Part shown: positions 8,471 to 18,416 of the stretch, piece by piece
Layout: each line of letters begins with the position of its first letter
Numbering within the stretch: position 1 is the stretch's first letter
Origin: Tubiluchus corallicola
Lineage: Eukaryota; Animalia; Priapulida
Length of the DNA: 18,708 nucleotides
Direction: 5' to 3'
NCBI GenBank assembly: GCA_030141605.1
Contig: JAQGDQ010001983.1
Location: 1 to 18,708 of the forward strand
Notes under the pieces: model-generated
Seen by the model: the letters and a program-made list of their open reading frames with translations, nothing else
Databases searched by the model: none
Told to the model about the DNA's origin: nothing
Made by a program: the position numbers and the translations under genes

Positions 8471-11193
8471 ATTTTTAACAATTGATGAATGTTCTCGCCA
8501 GTGGAACTTAACACTTAGTAGAATGCAGACAATAGACAAACAGTAGAAGCATTACAGTATGACTACTAGTAGTATAGACACATACATAGCATAAGGCTAT
8601 GTTTTTAACAATTGATGAATGTTCTCGTCAATGAAACGTAACACTTAGTAGAATGCAGACAATAGACAAACAGTAGAAGCATTACAGTATGACTACTAGC
8701 AGTATAGACACATACATAGCATAAGGCTATGTTTTTAACAATTGATGAATGTTCTCGTCAATGAAACGTAACACTTAGTAGAATGCAGACAATAGACAAA
8801 CAGTAGAAGCATTACAGTATGACTACTAGCAGTATAGATACATACATAGCATAAGGCTATGTTTTTAACAATTGATGAATGTTCTCACCAGTGGAACTTA
8901 ACACTTAGTAGAGTGCAGACAATAGACAAACAGTAGAAGCATTGCAGTACAACTACTAGCAGTATAGATACATACATAGCATAAGGCTATGTTTTTAACA
9001 ATTGATAAACGTTCTCGTCAATGAAACGTAACACTTAGTAGAATGCAGACAATAGACAAGCAGTAGAAGCATTGCAGTATGACTGCTAGCAGTATAGATA
9101 CATACATAACACAAGACTATGTTTTTAACAATTGATGAATGTTCTTGTCAATAAAACGTAACACTTAGTAGAATGCAGACAATAGACAAACAGTAGAAGC
9201 ATTACAGTATGACTGCTAGCAGTATAGATACATACATAACATAAAACTATGTTTTTAACAATTGATGAATGTTCTCACCTGTGGAACTTAACACTTAGTA
9301 GAATGCAGACAATAGACAAACAGTAGAAGCATTACAGTATGACTACTAGCAGTATAGACACATACATAACATAAGGCTATGTTTTTAACAATTGATGAAT
9401 GTTCTCGTCAATGAAACGTAACACTTAGTAGAATGCAGACAATAGACAAGCAGTAGAAGCATTGCAGTACAACTACTAGCAGTATAGATACATACATAGC
9501 ATAAGGCTATGTTTTTAACAATTGATGAATGTTCTCATCAATGAAACTTAACACTTAGTAGAATGCAGACAATAGACAAACAGTAGAAGCATTACAGTAT
9601 GACTACTAGCAGTATAGACACATACATAACATAAGGCTATGTTTTTAACAATTGATGAATGTTCTCACCTGTGGAACTTAACACTTAGTAGAATGCAGAC
9701 AATAGACAAACAGTAGAAGCATTACAGTATGACTACTAGCAGTATAGATACATACATAACATAAGGCTATGTTTTTAACAATTGATGAATGTTCTCGTCA
9801 GTGAAACGTAACACTTAGTAGAATGCAGACAATAGACAAGCAGTAGAAGCATTGCAGTACAACTACTAGCAGTATAGACACATACATAACATAAGGCTAT
9901 GTTTTTAACAATTGATGAATGTTCTCGTCAATGAAACGTAACACTTAGTAGAATGCAGACAATAGACAAGCAGTAGAAGCATTACAGTATGACTACTAGC
10001 AGTATAGACACATACATAACATAAGGCTATGTTTTTAACAATTGATGAATGTTCTCGTTAATGAAACGTAACACTTAGTAGAGTGCATACAATAGACAAA
10101 CAGTAGAAGCATTACAGTATGACTACTAGCAGTATAGACACGTACATAACATAAGGTTATGTTTTTAACAATTGATGAATGTTCTCGTCAATGAAACGTA
10201 ACACTTAGTAGAATGCAGACAATAGACAAACAGTAGAAGCATTACAGTATGACTGCTAGCAGTATAGACACGTACATAACATAAGGTTATGTTTTTAACA
10301 ATTGATGAATGTTCTCGTCAATGAAACGTAACACTTAGTAGAATGCAGACAATAGACAAACAGTAGAAGCATTACAGTATGACTACTAGCAGTATAGATA
10401 CATACATAGCATAAGGCTATGTTTTTAACAATTGATGAATGTTCTCGTCAATGAAACGTAGCACTTAGTAGAATGCAGACAATAGACAAACAGTAGAAGC
10501 ATTACAGTATGACTACTAGTAGTATAGACACATACATAGCATAAGGCTATGTTTTTAACAATTGATGAATGTTCTCGTCAATGAAACGTAACACTTAGTA
10601 GAGTGCATACAATAGACAAACAGTAGAAGCATTACAGTATGACTACTAGTAGTATAGACACATACATAGCATAAGACTATGTTTTTAACAATTGATGAAT
10701 GTTCTCGTCAATGAAACGTAGCACTTAGTAGAATGCAGACAATAGACAAACAGTAGAAGCATTGCAGTATGACTACTAGCAGTATAGACACATACATAGC
10801 ATAAGGCTATGTTTTTAACAATTGATGAATGTTCTCGTCAATGAAACGTAACACTTAGTAGAATGCAGACAATAGACAAACAGTAGAAGCATTACAGTAT
10901 GACTACTAGTAGTATAGACACATACATAGCATAAGGCTATGTTTTTAACAAGTGATGAATGTTCTCGTCAATGAAACGTAACACTTAGTAGAATGCAGAC
11001 AATAGACAAACAGTAGAAGCATTACAGTATGACTACTAGCAGTATAGACACATACAGAACATAAGGCTATGTTTTTAACAATTGATGAATGTTCTCACTA
11101 ATGAAACATAACACTTAGTAGAATGCAGACAATAGACAAACAGTAGAAGCATTACAGTATGACTACTAACAGTATAGACACATACATAGCATA
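8471..11193. repeat. Intronic 130-bp tandem repeat, ~21 copies
   Basis: GTTTTTAACAATTGATGAATGTTCTC recurs at exact 130-bp spacing (8471, 8601, 8731 and onward). Confidence 0.97.
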
Positions 11194-12914
11194 ATGTTAA
11201 GAATGACATTAATATTTACTGTGTAACCAATATAAACTAATACAATGGTTAGAAGCGCTTAGTAAGAAATATAAATTTCTGTACAATCTTAAATACATGA
11301 ATATTAACAGTTATATTTACGTGTTCATTGCTATGAAGAAGCAGGTAAACGAGTTCATTTGTTGACAGATTATAAATTCTAATATTATGAGGAATTAACA
11401 AAGTACAGAATTTACTTAGTAAGATATCTGCAGTGTGGTGATATAATGGGCAGCTAATTCAAAAGGGGCACCGCATGTAGGGGTAGGTAAAACAGGGGTT
11501 CCGTCATAGTGTTTACTTCCTCTCTGACTCGGCTCAAAGTTCATACCAGTAAGTTTATACACGGCTAAAACTTTTCTAAATTCGAACTGCAACGATATCT
11601 TTTCGGCAAGTCATAGATGTGCATGGAATGTGTCTAGTCATAGATGTGTCCTTGATGAAGTACCATGTTAGTCCTGGTTAGTAAACTCTGCATAACTCAA
11701 ATGCAACCGGATCGGAAAAAATTTTCAGTTAGGCGATGTTGACCATTTTCCAGCATAGAAGCTCTGCACCCCTCCTCCAGATGGTGAGCTAAATAGAAGA
11801 CAGAAAGTCAACCCTTCTGTACATAAACGACGAGATTTGATGACAATTACGTAAAGAATAACAAATTATGTAGGGAAACACGATTTTTTATGTTACAAAA
11901 GGACATGTGAAGAACACTGTTAAACGATATGACAGTGGGACTATCACTGTGTCTTACATATTGCAGTTCAGTTTGTGTGTCCAATAATCGGGGGAGGGGG
12001 GAGGGGGACATCAGAATTTCAGGGTCAAAAGTTAAGTGTATCAATCAATGCATATGCGGACACTTGACAACGCCTCGCAACCCAAGCTATTGTAATGGTA
12101 ACAGTTTTAACAGCTAGCTAGAACCTTACCTAGTTCATTTTTTTCTTGTTCCCAAGCAAGATCCTGCTAGTAAATCATTCTACGCACAGACTAATGCATA
12201 ATTAAGTAAAGTCCATGCTGAAATTACTAGACTGAGTTTTACTGAAGTAACTGGATTGATATGGCAGATGGCTTTGCTTTACACACATGTCACATGACGG
12301 TTGTAGCTAAGACGCGTTGCTGTGGTACACTTAACCTTTGACCTACAGCAACAGCAACGAAATTGTGAAAGGACTTATTCAGTACCGGGAAGCCATTTAC
12401 AATCCAATTACGGAGGTGTGATAAATTACACAGCAGGTGAATGTTCTAACGAACAACGGAATCACACGGAATCACAAAAGGTGATAAATTGCCACCTGCA
12501 TCTGCATTTGGTTATTCATCAGCATCGGGTCGTTAATTAGAATGGCCAAGGCGATTTCCCGTTGCCGAAGACCTTGACGTAATTAGAGGCGACGTCTCTC
12601 GAATGCTGCGCTAATCAGCAAGAGTTACATTGGTTCTAGCGACTCCCCACATCTCCGCGCATCTCTCATCTGGTGCTCAGTAGAAATCTGAAAATAAAAA
12701 CAAATGGCTGTTTCATTAACGACAGCAGCATAAAAGGAAAACCGGACGATTGTTTAAACTCAATCTCATTTTCATTTACTGTCCAAAATATACATTTTCT
12801 TGCCTATAATAGCTAACAATTGTTTCTTATATTTGAATAATTAGCTTAGAAAGTTAATTAACGGCAACCGAACACAGCTATTGTTTACGTCAGAAACTAG
12901 ACACAGTTTGTGCA

Positions 12915-12952
12915 ATGGCGGGCATCTTCCCTTGTGCGTCAAGCACGTTTGC
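12915..12952 (+). CDS. Candidate alternative first coding exon (MAGIFPCASSTF(A)) that would splice in frame to 13287
   Basis: GCAATGG Kozak-like start, 12 codons plus 2 nt, perfect donor GC|GTAAGT in phase 2, matching the next exon. Lies in unique, motif-rich DNA. No transcript evidence. Confidence 0.35.
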
Positions 12953-13006
12953 GTAAGTGTTACTGTTTAAACGCGTGATGTCACGAAAAATGGGCTCTAC
13001 ATCATA

Positions 13007-13014
13007 TGACGTCA
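13007..13014. promoter_or_regulatory. Palindromic CRE (TGACGTCA), with CRE-like TGACGTAA at 12575-12582 and TTACGTCA at 12885-12892
   Basis: Exact motif matches only; function unknown. Confidence 0.3.
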
Positions 13015-13150
13015 GAAACTAACACTGCAGTTCATGGTTATCATGGTACAGCCTTCTATTTATTGGCCATACGAATGTGACAATATATATATACACGCAT
13101 ATACATATAAATTTTTTAAACTACTCGGTTTTAATATATGTATAAATTTG

Positions 13151-13190
13151 TACACACACGCACGCACGCACGCACGCACACACGTGTGTA
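13151..13190. repeat. (CA)n/(CACG)n microsatellite
   Basis: TACACACACGCACGCACGCACGCACGCACACACG read directly. Confidence 0.85.
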
Positions 13191-13286
13191 CATGCAAATA
13201 TATATATTTATGTTGTGTACACATATGTTTTTATTGCACGTAACGCAAATGCACGCTAACTTCTAACTCATGTGGTTGAATTTTAG

Positions 13287-13400
13287 TTTGATCCAGCGCT
13301 GTGACACGTACAGGGATCACGATCCACTTCTCTCCACAGTACATCCATCAAATCCATGGATATCAGACGAGACGACGCATTGGACTTTAAATAACACCTT
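13287..13400 (+). CDS. RGS9-like: R7 RGS exon 5 (C-terminal half of GGL domain): (H)LIQRCDTYRDHDPLLSTVHPSNPWISDETTHWTLNNT(L)
   Basis: Acceptor ttttag|T, donor TT|gtaagt, 114 nt, phase 2-2. Contains the GGL hallmark DPLL....PSNPWISD. Confidence 0.96.
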
Positions 13401-13497
13401 GTAAGTTTTATGATGCGAACGCGAAAACTAGTTATTAAATATTTCTGTTTAGAAGATAGACGTCCAAACTGGCGTTTTGCTGAGTTTGGCAACGAAT

Positions 13498-13626
13498 GTC
13501 ATAGACCTGAATTTGGCTAACCGATGGAGGTCATAGACCTGAATTTGGGTAACCGATGGAGGTCATAGACCTGAATTCGGCTAACCGATGGAGGTCATAG
13601 ACCTGAATTTGGCTAACCGATGGAGG
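13498..13626. repeat. 32-bp tandem repeat, 4 copies (GTCATAGACCTGAATTTGGCTAACCGATGGAG)
   Basis: Units start at 13498, 13530, 13562 and 13594. Confidence 0.92.
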
Positions 13627-14436
13627 GGTAGATTTTATTTTTTTGTGAGGAAGATCCAGTCGGATCACATCTGGTAGAAACTGGCCAACCGGAGTTGACC
13701 AAACGGTTTCCATAAAATCACTTGTCTCACCAGTTCATTGAAATGACAGTTTGTGGACCAAGCTGTGCACTTATAATACCCTATGTAAGCTGTTAAGGCC
13801 ATATGCAAAGTGATATTTGTAGTAGTGACATTCTCTCAGGGGTACCGGCAGGGCGGGGACAGTCCCCGTGCCCAAGCCATGGGTAGAGGGGGTAGCGGCC
13901 TCCCTTGCCCTTTCTCAAGGGGGCAGCGCGGAAGGAGAACTTTGCCTTTTTCATGGAAAAACGTGTGGTTATCCACGATTACCCCAAAGAGTTATAAGGA
14001 GTATATGACAAGCCGAAGGCATTTTGGGGTGCCTTAGATACACCCTTATATATAAGTGATATCGTGGCCACAGAAATATGGGTAAATAAAATGTATCCTT
14101 TTCGTAAATGCTGCCCCCTGCTCCTGTAACTTGCTGCATTGTCCTTTAAGACGTCTATTTGCAGCTTTTCAAGTTTTCATTACGTATTGTTGTGACGTGT
14201 TCTTATCTATGGTTTATATTTTAATGTTTGTGCTCACTAAGGTTTCCCCTCACTGTTTTTAGCGGGCAAGCCACGAGGCGTTACATTCTCTAGACTTATC
14301 ATGGCAGCAGTCTTTGTGAATAAACAGATTAATAAGCAAGAAAGATTTATGTTAAACGTTCTATAAAGTTTCTAACAAAGTTACAAATGTTGCCAAGACG
14401 TTACAATTGTGGCGTAACACATTTTGTCATCTCCAG

Positions 14437-14640
14437 AGTGGACTGTCCGACCGAGAGACGAGTGCGCAAGTGGGCCATCAGTTTCAACGAGCTGCTACAC
14501 GATCCATCCGGTCGGCACGAGTTTCTGCAGTTCCTGCGCACGGAGTACAGTCAGGAGAACATACGATTTTGGACGGCGGTGGAGTCGTTGAAGAAGTGCT
14601 CGATGGCGACAGTGTCACAGAAAGTCATTGACATATACAA
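14437..14640 (+). CDS. RGS9-like: R7 RGS exon 6 (RGS domain, first half): VDCPTERRVRKWAISFNELLHDPSGRHEFLQFLRTEYSQENIRFWTAVESLKK...VIDIY(N)
   Basis: Acceptor catctccag|A, donor AA|gtaagt, 204 nt, phase 2-2. RGS-box motifs W..SF..LL.DP.G and EYSQENIRFW. Confidence 0.97.
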
Positions 14641-14676
14641 GTAAGTTCCCATAATCCACATCCTTGTCATTTCAAA

Positions 14677-14832
14677 CAGTGGCGGTTCGTGTATAGGTAC
14701 TGTGTGGAACTGCAGCACCCCCTATTTTCACTCAATATTATTGATAATTTTCGATATAATTAGTCTAGCTCGTGTGTAGGTACTGTGTGGAACTGCAGCA
14801 CCCCCAGTAATTTTAACTTTGAGCCGCCATTG
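14677..14832. mobile_element. Small MITE with TIRs CAGTGGCGGTTC ... GAGCCGCCATTG and an internal ~35-bp direct repeat
   Basis: Inverted termini; TCGTGT.TAGGTACTGTGTGGAACTGCAGCACCCC occurs twice (~14687 and ~14770). Confidence 0.6.
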
Positions 14833-14967
14833 GTTATATTATAGTGTTATTTCAGTTCGATTTTTTTAACTGCATTCTTATTTCTGCTTTACGTACATTA
14901 TCATTTTATGCTCAGTTGGTTTGATAGTTTTTGTTTTCAGTGCAGATGTATGCTTATTTCGCCGCCA

Positions 14968-15135
14968 TTGTTGTTGCTGTCATTTTTGTCATTGTCATTA
15001 TTGTCGTTGTTGTTGTTGTCATTGTCGTTTTTGTCATTGTTTTTGTAGTAGTAGTTGTTATTGTCGTTGTTATCGTTGTCGCTGTCATCATTGTCGTTGT
15101 TGTTGTTGTTGTTGTCGTTATGTTATTGTTATTGT
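14968..15135. repeat. Degenerate trinucleotide microsatellite (GTT/GTC/ATT)n
   Basis: Read directly; source of the poly-Val, poly-Cys and poly-Thr ORFs. Confidence 0.9.
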
Positions 15136-15136
15136 T

Positions 15137-15371
15137 AGCATGGTAGCTCAATGGTAGCATGCTCGCTTCCCACCCGGGAGGTCGTGGGTTCAACTCTCGA
15201 TCGAGTCATACCAAGGGCTTGAAAAATGGTACTGCTAGTTCTTCGACCAAGCACGCGGGTTTATAGAAGTAACATGCGGGTAATGATAATCAGGACCACC
15301 TTGGAAATAAGTATTGAGTTACTTAAGGTGTCGTCCTTGGACTATGTCCTAAACGAAATTATTATTATTAT
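15137..15371 (+). mobile_element. tRNA-derived SINE with Meta-domain-like core and (ATT)n tail
   Basis: A-box TAGCTCAATGG, B-box GGTTCAACTC, then GTCATACCAAGGGCTTGAAAAATGGTAC (MetaSINE-like from memory), LINE-like 3' stem region CAGGACCACCTTGGAAATAAG...GTCCTTGG, and ATTATTATTATTAT tail. Confidence 0.7.
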
Positions 15372-15410
15372 GTAACACTGGTTTGCTTATACGGTATCTA
15401 TGACTTTCAG

Positions 15411-15629
15411 CGAATTCCTCACGATGGGTGCACCGTGCGAAGTCAACATCGACGGAAAAACCCACGACGCCATAGCAAACAGTTTAGAGGAACCGTCGCG
15501 CTTCATCTTCGACACGGCCGAGAAACATATTTACCTCCTGATGGAGAAGGACAGTTACCAGCGATTTCTGCGCTCCGACCACTACAAGCGACTGCTGTCC
15601 AATGCGATACAGCCAAACTCAAAGAGAAA
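15411..15629 (+). CDS. RGS9-like: R7 RGS exon 7 (RGS domain, second half): EFLTMGAPCEVNIDGKT...HIYLLMEKDSYQRFLRSDHYKRLLSNAIQPNSKR(K)
   Basis: Acceptor actttcag|C, donor AA|gtaagt, 219 nt, phase 2-2. The conserved Asn in EVNID is intact; NIDGKT and LM.KDSY.R.L.S..YK..L..AI.P resemble RGS9. Confidence 0.97.
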
Positions 15630-15633
15630 GTAA

Positions 15634-15688
15634 GTAGTAGTAGTAGTAGGAACAGTAGTAGTAGTAGCAGTGTAGTAGTAGTATCAGT

Positions 15689-15782
<94 letters not shown>

Positions 15783-15925
15783 CAGTGTAGTAGTAGCAGC
15801 AGTGTAGTAGTAGTAGCAGTGTAGTAGTAGTAGCAGTGTAGTAGTAGTAGTAGTAGTAGTAAGTAGTGGCAGTACCAGCAACAGCAGTAGTAGTAGTACT
15901 GGCATTAGCAGCGGCAGTAGCAATT
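15634..15925. repeat. (GTA)n/(GCA)n microsatellite starting right at the splice donor
   Basis: Long pure (TAG)n run ~15690-15780 with degenerate flanks. Confidence 0.95.
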
Positions 15926-16178
15926 GTTGTTGTAGTGTAGCTGTAGCTGTAGCTAAGCGCTGTTGCTGTTGTTAATGTTGCTGAGCTAGTGTGAATATCG
16001 CATGAAGAACATTCTCAGTATGATATGGTTACTGACAGCTACGACACGGCATATTGTGGCCACTAAACAGCCATTTTATTAGCATCAACAAAGTTGCTTA
16101 TTGAATCATCTTCTAGTGATTACTTGTTACTGGACATTACTTTTATGAAGTCTTAATTAGGTGCATTTGACCTTGCAG

Positions 16179-16397
16179 ATTCTTCAATTTCGGGGGAAGT
16201 AGTGGTAGTGGCGGCGGCGCGGGAAAATCTGGCCGAAAGAGCCCTGCCCCGTCGAGTCCTCGACAGACTCCGAAGAGAAGGGGGAGTACGAGCAGCGAGC
16301 AGAATCTCGGACTGCACCACGTCAGCATGTTGAAGCATCATTCGCTTAGTGCAAGCAATTTACGTGACTTAAACGATGACGACAATCCAGTTTACTT
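16179..16397 (+). CDS. RGS9-like: R7 RGS exon 8 (Gly/Ser/Pro-rich C-terminal extension): FFNFGGSSGSGGGAGKSGRKSPAPSSPRQTPKRRGSTSSEQNLG...LSASNLRDLNDDDNPVY(L)
   Basis: Acceptor ccttgcag|A, donor TT|gtgagt, 219 nt, phase 2-2. Open frame and GC-rich relative to the flanking intron. Confidence 0.85.
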
Positions 16398-18040
16398 GTG
16401 AGTATTCTTGATTAAAGGACAAGAAATCCAGTTTACTTGTGAGTATTCTTGATTAAAGGACAAGAAATCCAGTTTACTTGTGAGTATTCTTGATTAAAGG
16501 ACAAGAAATCCAGTTTACTTGTGAGTATTCTTGTATAAAGGACAAGAAATCCAGTTTACTTGTGAGTATTCTTGATTAAAGGACAAGAAATCCAGTTTAC
16601 TTGTGAGTATTCTTGTATAAAGGACAAGAAATCCAGTTTACTTGTGAGTATTCTTGATTAAATGACAAGAAGTCCAGTTTACTTGTGAGTATTCTTGATT
16701 AAAGGACAAGAAATCCAGTTTACTTGTGAGTATTCTTGATTAAAGGACAAGAAATCCAGTTTACTTGTGAGTATTCTTGATTAAAGGACAAGAAATCCAG
16801 TTTACTTGTGAGTATTCTTGATTAAAGGACAAGAAATCCAGTTTACTTGTGAGTATTCTTGATTAAAGGACAAGAAATCCAGTTTACTTGTGAGTATTCT
16901 TGATTAAAGGACAAGAAATCCAGTTTACTTGTGAGTATTCTTGATTAAAGGACAAGAAATCCAGTTTACTTGTGAGTATTCTTGATTAAAGGACAAGAAA
17001 TCCAGTTTACTTGTGAGTATTCTTGATTAAAGGACAAGAAATCCAGTTTACTTGTGAGTATTCTTGATTAAAGGACAAGAAATCCAGTTTACTTGTGAGT
17101 ATTCTTGATTAAAGGACAAGAAATCCAGTTTACTTGTGAGTATTCTTGATTAAAGGACAAGAAATCCAGTTTACTTGTGAGTATTCTTGATTAAAGGACA
17201 AGAAATCCAGTTTACTTGTGAGTATTCTTGATTAAAGGACAAGAAATCCAGTTTACTTGTGAGTATTCTTGATTAAAGGACAAGAAATCCAGTTTACTTG
17301 TGAGTATTCTTGATTAAAGGACAAGAAATCCAGTTTACTTGTGAGTATTCTTGATTAAAGGACAAGAAATCCAGTTTACTTGTGAGTATTCTTGATTAAA
17401 GGACAAGAAATCCAGTTTACTTGTGAGTATTCTTGATTAAAGGACAAGAAATCCAGTTTACTTGAGTATTCTTGATTAAAGGACAAGAAATCCAGTTTAA
17501 TTGTGAGTATTCTTGATTAAAGGACAAGAAATCCAGTTTACTTGTGAGTATTCTAGATTAAAGGACAAGAAATCCAGTTTACTTGTGAGTATTCTTGATT
17601 AAGGGACAAGAAATCCAGTTTACTTGTGAGTATTCTTCTATAACGGACAAGAAATCCAGTTTACTTGTGAGTATTCTTGATTAAAGGACAAGAAATCCAG
17701 TTTACTTGTGAGTATTCTTGATTAAAGGACAAGAAATCCAGTTTACTTGTGAGTATTCTTGATTAAAGGACAAGAAATCCAGTTTACTTGAGTATTCTTG
17801 ATTAAAGGACAAGAAATCCAGTTTAATTGTGAGTATTCTTGATTAAAGGACAAGAAATCCAGTTTACTGTGCGTACTCTTGATTAAAGGACAAGAAATCC
17901 AGTTTACTTGTGAGTATTCTTGATTAAGGGACAAGAAATCCAGTTTACTTGTGAGTATTCTTCTATAACGGACAAGAAATCCAGTTTACTTGTGAGTATT
18001 CTTGATTAAAGGACAAGAAATCCAGTTTATTCGTGAGTAT
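16384..18040. repeat. 39-bp tandem repeat, ~42 copies, overlapping the exon 8 donor; AATCCAGTTTACTT|GTGAGTATTCTTGATTAAAGGACAAGA
   Basis: Read directly. The first unit starts inside the exon and nearly all units keep CTT|GTGAGT. Confidence 0.97.
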
Positions 18041-18154
18041 ATTTGTATGAAGGACAGGAAAATGGCTACCTGAATTCTGAGTCTATAAAACGTGTCTTGT
18101 TCCTTTTTCTTTCCTGTGAGCAAAGAATTAATGTGCGTGACTGTTTCATTTCAG

Positions 18155-18199
18155 GGGGACTCCGACATCGTTTCATTCAACGCCGGATAAGAACAGCCC
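18155..18199 (+). CDS. RGS9-like: R7 RGS exon 9 (45-nt small exon): (L)GTPTSFHSTPDKNS(P)
   Basis: Acceptor tttcatttcag|G, donor CC|gtaagt, phase 2-2. Keeps the frame between exons 8 and 10. Confidence 0.75.
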
Positions 18200-18416
18200 G
18201 TAAGTTGCTTAGTTTTCACTTCTGAACTTGCTCGCGTGTTTAAAAATTTGAACACGCCATTTTAAAAACTTCAAATTCATTTGAAAGTTAATAAACACAA
18301 ATTTTCACCGCTGGATGTAAAGGCGATGTACCTGTTTAGTGACAATGCTCTGATTTTTGTCCACATTGCTGTTTCCAATGATGAATAAAGCACCACGTTT
18401 TCCGTGTTGTGTTTAG

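Noticed and set aside
11400-12030. Possible decayed DNA transposon and G-quadruplex near 11990-12025
   Set aside because: I could not identify paired termini or a TSD, and the G-run cluster is short with no supporting context.
14921-15193. Cys-rich metallothionein-like, poly-Val membrane or poly-Thr mucin ORFs
   Set aside because: These are different frames of one trinucleotide microsatellite.
15137-15205. Functional tRNA gene
   Set aside because: A and B boxes are present but there is no convincing acceptor stem, and it continues into a SINE core and tail.
15628-15633. Read-through stop (AAG TAA) right after the RGS domain as evidence for a short isoform
   Set aside because: Any phase-2 GTAAGT donor gives an in-frame TAA; the same occurs after 8402, 13400 and 14640, so it is uninformative without transcripts.
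15684-15923. Poly-Leu signal or membrane peptide ORF
   Set aside because: It is the reverse translation of the (GTA)n microsatellite.
1-18040. CRISPR arrays
   Set aside because: All arrays are head-to-tail repeats without unique spacers, there are no cas genes, and the context is a spliced eukaryotic gene.
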